DNA of 32,000 bases, taken from Candidatus Electrothrix sp. GW3-4. Lineage in GTDB: Bacteria > Desulfobacterota > Desulfobulbia > Desulfobulbales > Desulfobulbaceae. The notes beneath the pieces are model-generated. The model ran no database searches. It saw only the letters and a list, made by a program, of their open reading frames with translations, and was not told the origin of the DNA. Positions 24,121 to 32,000 of this stretch are shown in pieces; position 1 is the stretch's first letter; each line of letters begins with the position of its first letter. A program made the translations under genes and the position numbers. Where the stretch lies: positions 3,120,001-3,152,000 of the forward strand of contig NZ_CP147990.1 of NCBI RefSeq assembly GCF_037902255.1. Direction: 5' to 3'.

Positions 24121-27100
24121 CTACAGGGGCAGGATATGCACTTCTTCCCGGGAGGGATGGATCCCCTTGAGAAAGAGACCATTACGGCCGTCAATGGAGA
24201 TCGGGTCACCAAAGCGGATCCGCACCCCATTGGTCACGGCATACTCCCGGCTTTCAAAGACCTGGAGGTCCCGGCACCCCACCACACAGGTCTTTTCCAG
24301 GCGGGTGGCCACCACCGAGGCATGGGAGGTCTGACCGCCCCGGGCAGTAAGGAGCCCTTCTGCCATGGAGATCTCCCGGATATCCTCAGGCACGGTATCC
24401 TGCCGGATCAGGATCAGAGGGACATCGGGCTGCTCCTCTCTCAGCTGCTGGATGTTCTCTTCTGTGAACACGGCCAGACCAGAAAGGGCAGAACCGCTCA
24501 CCCCGATCCCCTTGCCCAGGATACTCCCCTGCAGCTCCTCTGATTCGCGAAAGACGTGGAAACGTTCCTTCTTTTTCACCGTGATCATATCCCGGGTCTG
24601 GAGGATGTAGAGATCCTCTGCCGCAGGCCCTTCAAAGGTGAACTCGATCTCCTGGGGATTCCACTCCTTGGTATAGACCAGGTCCCGGGCAATGCTGAGC
24701 AGACGGCTATAGATGGCCGGGAACTTCCGTTCCAGGGTCTGTTCCACCGGTCTCCCGTCCAGTTCAGCCTGCTCCACAGAGACCGGGTAGCTGTTGACCA
24801 GGCCGGAAACGATATCCTCCCCCTGGTCCTCAGAGGCATAATCCCCCCACAGGGCCACCCGTCGCACCTTGCGATAAGGGTGGGCAGTAAACAGGACCCC
24901 ACTGCCCGCCTCTGCACTCCTATTGCCATAGACCATGGACTGGACAATCACGGCCGTGCCCCAATCATCGGACACATCCATCAGGTTGCGATACTGGGTT
25001 GCCTTGGCCGTATTCCAGGAGGAGAGCACCATTTCCACGGCCCCGATCAACTGCAACCAGGGGTCCTCAGGAGCGCTGCGCCCGCGCCTGCGCAAGGCAG
25101 CCTGGTAATCCAAGGCCAACTCCCGCATCTGTGGTGCGGAAAACTGCCGTTTCAGACGCACGCCATGCTGTTCTTTATGGCTGTTCATCAGCCCCTGGAA
25201 CTCCTCCCGTTCCATACCACCGGCCATGGCCCAGGACTGGAGAAAACGACGATAATTATCCCAGAGGAAATACTCTTTCTCCGGGTGATGCGCGACCAAC
25301 TCTTCCACCAGCTCCTCATTGAGCCCCACGTTATGGATGGTGGTCATCATCCCAGGCATGGACATGGCTGACCCGGAACGGACAGAGAGCAACAGGGGGT
25401 CTCTGGGTGAACCAAAACTCCGGTTCGTCTGCTCCTCCAGACTGGTAATAGCCCCCCGTACCCGTTGCATAAACTCATCACGGGCCCGTTTAAAGCCCTG
25501 CACGGCCCGCCAGCAGCGAAAGATCTCGGTGGTGATGATAAAGGCTGGCGGCACCGGTTTACCGTCCCCGGCCAAGATCATCAGGTTAAAGCCCTTATTG
25601 CCCAGATGGATCAGATTATGGGTGCGGAGATTTTCATTATACAAGGAGGAGATGGTCTTTTCCGGATTATAGGTCATGAGCAGGTCAATGGTCCGGGCAT
25701 CCAGGATATCCTTTTGCGCCTCCAGGGTATGGATGATACGGGTAATAAAGTTATCCAGATGTTGCAGACCAAAGGTACTGGCGATAAGGTCCCGGAAAAA
25801 GGACTCGGACAGGCGATGGACCGTGGCCGCCATATCCTCATCCTCACAGAGCGAACGGTACTTGGTCAGGAGATTCTTCTGCCCTGTCTGGGGAATAATT
25901 ATAGAGAGATTATTCTGATGAACATTGGTGTAATAGGCATAGATCACATCCTTGACCCCTTCAGAGAGGCCGCGAACAATGTCCAGATGCTGGGTATAGG
26001 TAAAGCGCTTCATGGTGATGGACGAACTAAGCAGACTGGTATAGGTATCCAGCCGCCGACTGGTGATCCCATCCACCTTCAGGGCCCGGAGAAGGAGGAG
26101 CAGGCAACGGGAGATGCGGATAAAGGTGGCCTGGGTGATAAAGCCCAGGTTGATGGAGCGGGTCAGGCGTTCTATATAGATATTGGCCAGGTTCTCCAGA
26201 CGGAAGCTCAGGCCCAGGGCATCAAATTTCCGTTCCGAATAGCGCCCATAGACCGAGGGGATATCCACGGCAATATGCCTTTTATAATAGATCTCCTCCC
26301 TGGGTTCAAACCGTTCCTCAGAGAGAATAATCTCCTTTAACCGCTCCAACTGGGTGAGCAGGGCATCAAGACAGGCAAAGATATCCCCCTTCTCCAGCAC
26401 ATCCAACAGGCCCTCCATCTCAGGAAAACCGCCTTGGGCCGCATCATGCAGTTGATGCCGCAGCTCTTGCATACTCAGGCTGTACTTATGCTGGAGGAGT
26501 TTGAACATCCTCACCAAGAGGGTAAAACGCCTGCGCTCCCCGAGCGAGATATCCTCCTGCTGGCTGAGCCAGGCATGACGTTCCTTCTTGGGCCAATCCA
26601 GGACCTCATCCATGGAGGAGATCTCCCGCTCCTGCTGGATCCGTTTGGTCAGGACATGCAATTCATCAATAAACGGGCCTTCGGTGACCACCTGGGCAAG
26701 GATCTCATCAGGGAGAAAGGGGCGGAGATGCCTCTTCTCCAGGGTCAGCCAGAAGACAAAGATCCCCTTGATAAAGCCGACAATCAGGTTGGAGGACTCC
26801 ACATGAGATTGCTTGCGCAGGAAGTGGATCAGCACATCATGGCGCTTATGCATCTCGTCCAGTTCAGTCGAGACATCCCGCAACTCCCCTTCTGCCCCGA
26901 TTTCGTTAAAGAAGACCGGCATCAACTTGGTGAACTGCTTGGCCAGATTATAGATAGGGAAGATGGGATGATTGAGCAGATCGGTGATGTCGCGTTGAAA
27001 GAGATCCGTATCCTTGACGCAGGTCCCGGAAAGCTTGATATTGATGATCAGGGCCGAGAACAGGGTGGAACACCATTTGGGTTCCTGCATAATCAGACTC

Positions 27101-28374
27101 AACCAGCCCCGGATATTGGCGAGATGGGCCGGGTTGGTGATGGGCTGCCAATCCTCGTCCACCCCCATGACATTGGCGTACTGAAAGCCAAAGCGAACCG
27201 TCTCAAAGAGAAAGGCCTCCACCAGACGCGAGTTATTGCGGCGAAAGACCTCGCCCCCAATCACCTGAATACATTGCAGGGAGGTATGGGGATATTTGCG
27301 CACATTGGCCTTAAGGAGGTGGAAGGTGGTGACAAAGAACTGTTCTATCTCCTCAAAGGTCTGCTTGCGAATGAGCTGGATCAGCGAGCGGTTGATCTCA
27401 CGCAGGCTTTCCTCATGGATCAGATAGAGGCCCGAGGTGTCCATGATCCGAAAGAGAAAGAAGAGCTTGCGGTTCTCGGCAAACGAGGCCTCCTGTTCAT
27501 CGTCGGTGTCTGGGGTTAACTGCTTGGGAATCTCCCGATAGAACCGGACAATATCGATATGGGCGGGCAGCTCCAGAAGCTCGCTCAGGGCCTGATAGGC
27601 ATCTGCCTCAATATCGATGATATCAAGGGCTGCCAGATGCTCTTGAAAACGGTCATGGGAGATGGCCGTGAGCAGCGATCCTGCCTGCCATCCGCTGCAA
27701 AACGAACCACATTGGGTCTCAAACCAGGGCTGAGGGTTTTCTTCACTGAGCCAATACGTATAATTCAGCCGGAGGATCTTTTTCATCAGCCGGGCCAGGG
27801 GGCCGCAGGAGAAGGAGATACCCTCATGGTTGCGCCCGAGTTTCATCAGATGCAAGGCCATCTTCTTCATGGGATGATGTCCCTGGACCATATACATCAT
27901 CACGCTTTCATCAATCTCATCCAGCCGAACCAATCGTTCAAAGAAGCTGTCCAGCTGTTCCTGATAGAGCTCAAATGAATCGATGTGCAACGAGGCGATG
28001 AGCTTATCAGCATAGGCCAACATAGCCTCCATGGTCATGGAGACCACCTTGCCGTTTTTCTTCGACTCTGTCAGGGCATCAAGAAAAACCCCTGCAAACA
28101 GAGAAAAACAGGCAGGCCCCAGTTCATGCCTTCGATATTGATTGAAATTTTTAAGGACAAAGGGGCGCAGTTCCAGGATAATCATCTGCCAGTTCCGATA
28201 GGGATGGCTGATCTCGTAGAGCAGGTGTTCCAGCTTGGTTGCCACCCCCTGATAGCGGGCTACAACCTCCTGGAGGACCCTGAAGCGTTCCGGGATCTCC
28301 ACAACACTGGCGGTTTCCTCTTTATTGGCCTCCCAGGCCTTGGATGTAAACACTGGAGATTGTTGATCAGTCAT
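24121..28374 (-). CDS. 1417-aa protein: uncharacterised ~900-aa N-terminal region fused to a PPDK/PEP-synthase-type ATP-grasp and phosphohistidine swivel domain, with no PEP/pyruvate TIM barrel
   Basis: The C-terminal ~510 aa (about 24121-25630) carries LGNKGFNLMILAG, SVRSGSAMSMPGMMTTIHNVGLN and TARGGQTSHASVVATRLEKTCVVG, with the catalytic His codon at 24324-24322. The protein ends about 55 aa after the His domain. GAAGAGG lies upstream of the ATG. Confidence 0.8.
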   Translation of the reverse strand: MTDQQSPVFTSKAWEANKEETASVVEIPERFRVLQEVVARYQGVATKLEHLLYEISHPYRNWQMIILELRPFVLKNFNQYRRHELGPACFSLFAGVFLDALTESKKNGKVVSMTMEAMLAYADKLIASLHIDSFELYQEQLDSFFERLVRLDEIDESVMMYMVQGHHPMKKMALHLMKLGRNHEGISFSCGPLARLMKKILRLNYTYWLSEENPQPWFETQCGSFCSGWQAGSLLTAISHDRFQEHLAALDIIDIEADAYQALSELLELPAHIDIVRFYREIPKQLTPDTDDEQEASFAENRKLFFLFRIMDTSGLYLIHEESLREINRSLIQLIRKQTFEEIEQFFVTTFHLLKANVRKYPHTSLQCIQVIGGEVFRRNNSRLVEAFLFETVRFGFQYANVMGVDEDWQPITNPAHLANIRGWLSLIMQEPKWCSTLFSALIINIKLSGTCVKDTDLFQRDITDLLNHPIFPIYNLAKQFTKLMPVFFNEIGAEGELRDVSTELDEMHKRHDVLIHFLRKQSHVESSNLIVGFIKGIFVFWLTLEKRHLRPFLPDEILAQVVTEGPFIDELHVLTKRIQQEREISSMDEVLDWPKKERHAWLSQQEDISLGERRRFTLLVRMFKLLQHKYSLSMQELRHQLHDAAQGGFPEMEGLLDVLEKGDIFACLDALLTQLERLKEIILSEERFEPREEIYYKRHIAVDIPSVYGRYSERKFDALGLSFRLENLANIYIERLTRSINLGFITQATFIRISRCLLLLLRALKVDGITSRRLDTYTSLLSSSITMKRFTYTQHLDIVRGLSEGVKDVIYAYYTNVHQNNLSIIIPQTGQKNLLTKYRSLCEDEDMAATVHRLSESFFRDLIASTFGLQHLDNFITRIIHTLEAQKDILDARTIDLLMTYNPEKTISSLYNENLRTHNLIHLGNKGFNLMILAGDGKPVPPAFIITTEIFRCWRAVQGFKRARDEFMQRVRGAITSLEEQTNRSFGSPRDPLLLSVRSGSAMSMPGMMTTIHNVGLNEELVEELVAHHPEKEYFLWDNYRRFLQSWAMAGGMEREEFQGLMNSHKEQHGVRLKRQFSAPQMRELALDYQAALRRRGRSAPEDPWLQLIGAVEMVLSSWNTAKATQYRNLMDVSDDWGTAVIVQSMVYGNRSAEAGSGVLFTAHPYRKVRRVALWGDYASEDQGEDIVSGLVNSYPVSVEQAELDGRPVEQTLERKFPAIYSRLLSIARDLVYTKEWNPQEIEFTFEGPAAEDLYILQTRDMITVKKKERFHVFRESEELQGSILGKGIGVSGSALSGLAVFTEENIQQLREEQPDVPLILIRQDTVPEDIREISMAEGLLTARGGQTSHASVVATRLEKTCVVGCRDLQVFESREYAVTNGVRIRFGDPISIDGRNGLFLKGIHPSREEVHILPL

Positions 28375-28428
28375 ACCGGGCCTCTTCGGTTTTTTGAAAA
28401 ATCGGTTAAAATTTCAGCAATAGTCTCT

Positions 28429-29040
28429 TTACAGAAGGTTTTGACGGCAGGCTTCCGTATAGACAAACGGTGATCTTCTTTTAAGAAAGTCGGTTGTACA
28501 AAAGCCTTCTATATATTCCTGATAATGCCGAGATCGCATTGCTCTGTTTCCGGCATCATCCAGACGAAGACGATCAATTGTTTCCTGTATCTGACGTGTT
28601 ATACTGAACGGCAAGCTCGGATTCGGATAGATCCGTCCGCTGACAAGCTCCAGAGAAAACCAGTTGTCTTTAATGTGAAACGGATCAAGAACATCATCAT
28701 ATCTCCCTTTACGACTGTTCATTATTGAGCAGGCCAGCCGATAATTGCTCCACTCGTGAGCAAGGCGGGCAGAAGTCCCGACTTTGACGGTAAAATGATC
28801 GGCAGACACGCCGCCAGTGACGCGCTCAATATAGACGGCAAGATAGGCACAACACCCCTTGTAACTGACATGCAGATCATCAAGGCAGTCGCGCCAGCAA
28901 GGTTTCAGTGTTATTCCTTCCGGCACAGGCTGATCTGGAGCAATGCCTTTTTTCTGTAGAAAAGCAAGTCCTTTCCGCCGTACCTTGGCATCAAAGTCAG
29001 CCGGTTCCGGTTGTTCAGTCACAGGAATCATCAAAGCCAC
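28429..29040 (-). CDS. ptuB: PtuB-like HNH-family endonuclease (TIGR02646-like), Septu-type partner
   Basis: The core DHFTVKV....LAHEWSNYRLACSIMNSRKG is typical of the TIGR02646/PtuB HNH-like family. The start overlaps the preceding ATPase gene by 10 nt. Confidence 0.65.
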   Translation of the reverse strand: MALMIPVTEQPEPADFDAKVRRKGLAFLQKKGIAPDQPVPEGITLKPCWRDCLDDLHVSYKGCCAYLAVYIERVTGGVSADHFTVKVGTSARLAHEWSNYRLACSIMNSRKGRYDDVLDPFHIKDNWFSLELVSGRIYPNPSLPFSITRQIQETIDRLRLDDAGNRAMRSRHYQEYIEGFCTTDFLKRRSPFVYTEACRQNLL

Positions 29041-30326
29041 CCTCTTTTCTCCGCCACAAAACGCCAGCGCATCCAGAAAGGGTCTGTGTCACCCAGGACA
29101 TTTCTCAACTCCTGGTCAAGCTGTTTGGCCTGAGCCGCATCAAAGGAGGTGTCACTCAGGGCAACCGCTGCTTTCCCAAGAACCTCTTCCGCTTCCGCTG
29201 ATCGGGCACTGGACAAATCAAACGCCTCACTGGTCAGCCAGCTTGAGGCGTCACCCCGCCGGATCAAAGGCCGCCTACTCAAGCTTACGCCGGGAATTCC
29301 GCCGTTGTCGCCTCCGAAAAGATCGAAGTCAAACCAAGCATCTTTATCGTGATCAAAAATCGGTTCCACCGAGGCCATAACAAGGGGCGAATGGGTGGAC
29401 GCGACAAGCTGCACCTTAGCATGTTCTGTCAGGGAGTGAACAACATCAAGCAGTGGCCTGATAATCCGGCGCTGCCATTTCGGATGAAGATGCGCTTCAA
29501 TCTCATCAATAAGAAAAACGGCCTGTGAAGTTGTTTCTTCGTCAAGAAGCCTGCTTGCCTTGACATGTTCTTCCCAGGTCCAGACAAGCAGATAGGCCAG
29601 CGCGAGAATTCGACGCATTCCCGCTGAAGCGTGCAGGACAGGAACAGATTGGCCGTACGGCATCTTGAGGGTCGGAATGTCCCGCGGGTCATCCAGGCTG
29701 ATCCGCACCAGCTCACCTGGAATGATTTTTTCCCCACTAGAAGGAGAGAGTTTTTCCAGCACTGCGCAAAGGCGCTTGAAGGCAGCACCGTTTTCTTTCT
29801 GCCAGCCGGACCAGTCCGCAATCAGCCCGTTACAGAGCAACCCCCGCTGATCATCCCGAAGACCATCCCAGACCTCTCTTGCATTAAATACATAGGCCGA
29901 AGGTCGCTCCTGAACATCGGAATTCCCTTTCCTGCGCCAATAATTACGGGCCGGATCCCAGACCGCGAAACTGCCGTCAACCTGGGCATAAAGAATCAGC
30001 CCCGGATTTGAAGGGCGACCCGCCTTACCTGCCCATGCCTGTGCTTTACGGTCAAATGTGCTGATATAACTGATAGGTTTTGATTTTGCGGTGAATGTAA
30101 ACTCAATAGATGCTTTCCCGGTTTCATGCGGCTTTGCCATCAGCCCTGCAGGAAGCCGGGGATTGACTTCTGCTGGCCATTTTTTAGTAAGCGACCACCA
30201 AATGATATCCAGCAGAAAACTTTTTCCCAGCCCATTGTCACCGGTCAGCAAGTTCAGCCGCTCGCCGAATTCCAGCTGCAAAGCAGGAGCCGGGCCTACA
30301 TTGTTCATGTTCAGTTGCTTAATCAT
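29031..30326 (-). CDS. ptuA: PtuA-like AAA/ABC-type ATPase, Septu-type
   Basis: Walker A LTGDNGLGKS near the N-terminus, Walker B/D-loop VFLIDEIEAHLHP, and an H-loop-like ASTHSP. It is paired with the HNH-like gene. Confidence 0.65.
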   Translation of the reverse strand: MIKQLNMNNVGPAPALQLEFGERLNLLTGDNGLGKSFLLDIIWWSLTKKWPAEVNPRLPAGLMAKPHETGKASIEFTFTAKSKPISYISTFDRKAQAWAGKAGRPSNPGLILYAQVDGSFAVWDPARNYWRRKGNSDVQERPSAYVFNAREVWDGLRDDQRGLLCNGLIADWSGWQKENGAAFKRLCAVLEKLSPSSGEKIIPGELVRISLDDPRDIPTLKMPYGQSVPVLHASAGMRRILALAYLLVWTWEEHVKASRLLDEETTSQAVFLIDEIEAHLHPKWQRRIIRPLLDVVHSLTEHAKVQLVASTHSPLVMASVEPIFDHDKDAWFDFDLFGGDNGGIPGVSLSRRPLIRRGDASSWLTSEAFDLSSARSAEAEEVLGKAAVALSDTSFDAAQAKQLDQELRNVLGDTDPFWMRWRFVAEKRGWL

Positions 30327-30451
30327 GGCACCAATCCTGTTTACTCTTCTTATTCAATCACATAGCCCCTCTTTCCTGTTTCAACACCGGGGACGGAAAA
30401 GGCACTACAGAAAAACTATATCAGAATCACCTGGATCATTTTTCACGGATT

Positions 30452-31048
30452 TCAGAGATTCAGTCCACGCAGGACCCCTCCCTCGGAAAACAGCTCCAGG
30501 ACAGTCAGGGAAGCGGGCTGGACATCGAAGAGCAGGTAGTTACGGGGAGAGATACCCAGGGCAAGACAAATCATGGTCCGGATGACACCACCGTGCGTCA
30601 TAACAGCAACGGTATTATGCTCTGATGCGCTGAACATTGCCAGCATGGCCTCAACCCGGGCAATAAAGGCTGAGACCGCTTCTCCTTCTGGAAAGACAAA
30701 GTCCAGGTATTGATTCCAGGCAGCGAGCTGCTCTTTATCCTGAGCAGCAATATCAGCAAAAGTTTGCAACTCCCAGCGTCCGAAGTTAATCTCCCGCAAA
30801 CGGTCCTCATAGAGAGGTTCTCCCACCGGGCAGCCCAGCTGACGCACATGTTCCAGGGTCTGCCGGGTCCGCAGCATGGGACTGCAATACCAGCATTCAC
30901 CCCCTTTCACGTCTGTTACGATATTACCTAAACGGGCAAGACCCTGGCCAGACAAAGGAACATCGCTGCTGCCAACAAGGCAACCCGAGGGGGCAGTGGT
31001 GGGTCCGTGACGGAGGAGAAGAAGCCGGGTCGGCATAGAGTCGGTCAT
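30452..31048 (-). CDS. histidine phosphatase family protein (CobC/GpmB-like)
   Basis: The N-terminal RLLLLRHGPT (RHG catalytic motif) and a later THGGVIR motif are present. Its length is typical of alpha-ribazole phosphatase-like enzymes. Confidence 0.7.
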   Translation of the reverse strand: MTDSMPTRLLLLRHGPTTAPSGCLVGSSDVPLSGQGLARLGNIVTDVKGGECWYCSPMLRTRQTLEHVRQLGCPVGEPLYEDRLREINFGRWELQTFADIAAQDKEQLAAWNQYLDFVFPEGEAVSAFIARVEAMLAMFSASEHNTVAVMTHGGVIRTMICLALGISPRNYLLFDVQPASLTVLELFSEGGVLRGLNL

Positions 31049-31206
31049 TCTATTAAACTCTTATCCCGCTCCCTGGGGCGGGACAACAAAACATGCAAGA
31101 GAGGAAGCCTGGTTGGCTTATCCGACCACCTTCATATAAAAATTTCATAAAGTACAGTTATCGTCCAGGGAAGACACAGGTGCGCAGGTTCTCCAATATA
31201 CACCCA

Positions 31207-31254
31207 TTACATACTCCTCTGTATACTCCACTGTATACTCCACTGTATACTCCA
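31207..31254. repeat. 12-nt tandem repeat ctgtatactcca, three perfect units plus one degenerate unit
   Basis: Perfect units at 31219, 31231 and 31243, with a degenerate unit at 31207. Each contains the GTATAC palindrome. The block lies in a divergent intergenic region. Confidence 0.85.
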
Positions 31255-31494
31255 TTGCCCCAGGGATACCAACGAGAAAAACATAGGTGTTTTGTACCAT
31301 TCCCAAGCCTTGCCTTCCTGAGCTTTGAGAACCTTTCCCCAGCAAGGCCTACCACAGCAAAGGAGGTCTCCCCTGTATAACTCTTTTTCCTGTCATATTT
31401 TTTTTATTTACTTCCCCTTTATTAATTCTGTATCCTATCAAGGATAGCGTAATATTTTTTTTAAGCAATGCTGAACCCTACACAGGAGGAAGAA

Positions 31495-32000
31495 ATGAAA
31501 AAGGTGATAGCAGCAGGGGCAATATTTCTGCTGGCCAGCGGGTCTCAACTATCCTATGCAGAAACCCAAAAAGTTGAACTGGAGGAAGTACAGCAACCCC
31601 AACAAGCATCACATCGCGATTGGGCAATCAGCGGATATATCGGTATGACGGATTTTGACGGCGACGAAAAACCAGATCCCTATCAACCGGAAAGAAGAAG
31701 CCATGAAATGGAATCAGATGCCGCCCTGACAGCGGGTGTTATCCTCAGTAAATATTACAAGGATTTCTCATTCAACCTCGGCATTGAATATATTCAGGAA
31801 GTCACCGTAGAAGACGAAGACGGTAACGAGCTCTCTGAACATAGCCACATCCCCATTTCTTTGGGTGTGAATTATCACTTTTATACAAACATCGTGGATC
31901 CGTATATTGGAGCTGGTATAGGCTATTCCTTCAACGACTCTTCAGACAGCGAATTTATCGCTAACCAGGGAATGAGTGCAGAAGTTGACGATAGCATGTT
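31495..32000 (+). CDS. OmpW-family outer-membrane beta-barrel protein, 5' partial (runs off the window)
   Basis: ATG at 31495 with AGGAGGA upstream. Signal peptide MKKVIAAGAIFLLASGSQLSYA. The frame stays open to the window end in my manual translation. The motif DPYIGAGIGYSF resembles the OmpW PYVGAGINY motif. This ORF is absent from the track because it has no stop in the window. Confidence 0.6.
   Translation, partial: MKKVIAAGAIFLLASGSQLSYAETQKVELEEVQQPQQASHRDWAISGYIGMTDFDGDEKPDPYQPERRSHEMESDAALTAGVILSKYYKDFSFNLGIEYIQEVTVEDEDGNELSEHSHIPISLGVNYHFYTNIVDPYIGAGIGYSFNDSSDSEFIANQGMSAEVDDSM

Noticed and set aside
23190-28473. Many long alternative-frame and antisense ORFs (for example 23242-23997, 24556-25371, 25465-26340, 26434-27519 and 27985-28473)
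   Set aside because: These are shadow ORFs typical of GC-rich coding DNA. They overlap the 356-aa and 1417-aa genes, which have clear motifs and RBSs. Their translations are Gly/Arg/Pro/His-rich with no motifs.
28429-31100. Retron (Ec78-type) associated with the PtuA/PtuB-like pair
   Set aside because: No reverse-transcriptase ORF or obvious msr/msd inverted repeats flank the pair. The upstream gene is a histidine phosphatase.
31093-31380. ORF 31093-31380 (+) encoding HTPLYTPLYTPLYTPL
   Set aside because: The repeat peptide is produced by the 12-nt DNA tandem repeat. The ORF has no RBS and lies in a divergent promoter region.
31049-31494. Cobalamin riboswitch upstream of the CobC-like histidine phosphatase
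   Set aside because: I recognised no B12-box-like sequence on the minus strand. The region is dominated by the 12-nt tandem repeat.
1-32000. tRNA, rRNA or tmRNA genes as island integration targets
   Set aside because: I found no T-loop-like GGTTCGAATCC/GGTTCAAATCC motifs or cloverleaf candidates when scanning, and in particular none at the island boundaries near 3640 or 6300.

Overview
The window looks like chromosomal DNA from an anaerobic, sulfur- or metal-respiring bacterium. A Desulfobacterota-like origin is my inference from gene content only. Housekeeping and respiratory genes are interrupted by accessory segments. From left to right: (1) A four-gene operon at 30-3580 encodes a small Tat-like protein, a 4x[4Fe-4S] NrfC-like subunit, an NrfD-like membrane subunit and a tetraheme cytochrome c, and ends in a clean terminator. 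(2) An AT-rich island at about 3640-6300 carries minus-strand genes for membrane proteins and a DUF4145-like protein. Each gene is followed by copies of the same short repeats. (3) Next come an Rpn/YhgA-type PD-(D/E)XK nuclease, a CPA2 K+/H+ antiporter with RCK domains, and a PBP4-type D-Ala-D-Ala carboxypeptidase. (4) A HesB/IscA-like selenoprotein has an in-frame UGA that splits it in the ORF track. Phosphofructokinase and an endonuclease III-like protein follow. (5) A redox cluster sits between two paralogous stand-alone CZB zinc-sensor proteins. It contains a pentaheme cytochrome, a DsrE-like protein, a lipoprotein and small Cys-rich proteins. (6) A CRISPR array of 11 repeats at 21441-22183 has no cas gene anywhere in the window. 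Beside it lie a block of 23-nt tandem repeats and a gene for an HU-like/DUF4469-like DNA-binding protein, and two copies of one palindromic element bracket this whole segment. (7) A minus-strand run contains a Septu-like ptuA/ptuB pair, followed at 54 nt by a 1417-aa protein. That protein joins an uncharacterised N-terminal region of about 900 aa to a pyruvate-phosphate-dikinase-type ATP-grasp and phosphohistidine module, and it lacks the PEP/pyruvate TIM barrel. The most novel candidates are the cas-less array module with its repeats and HU-like gene, and the Septu-plus-truncated-dikinase arrangement. All functional calls come from motif recognition by eye; no database search was run.
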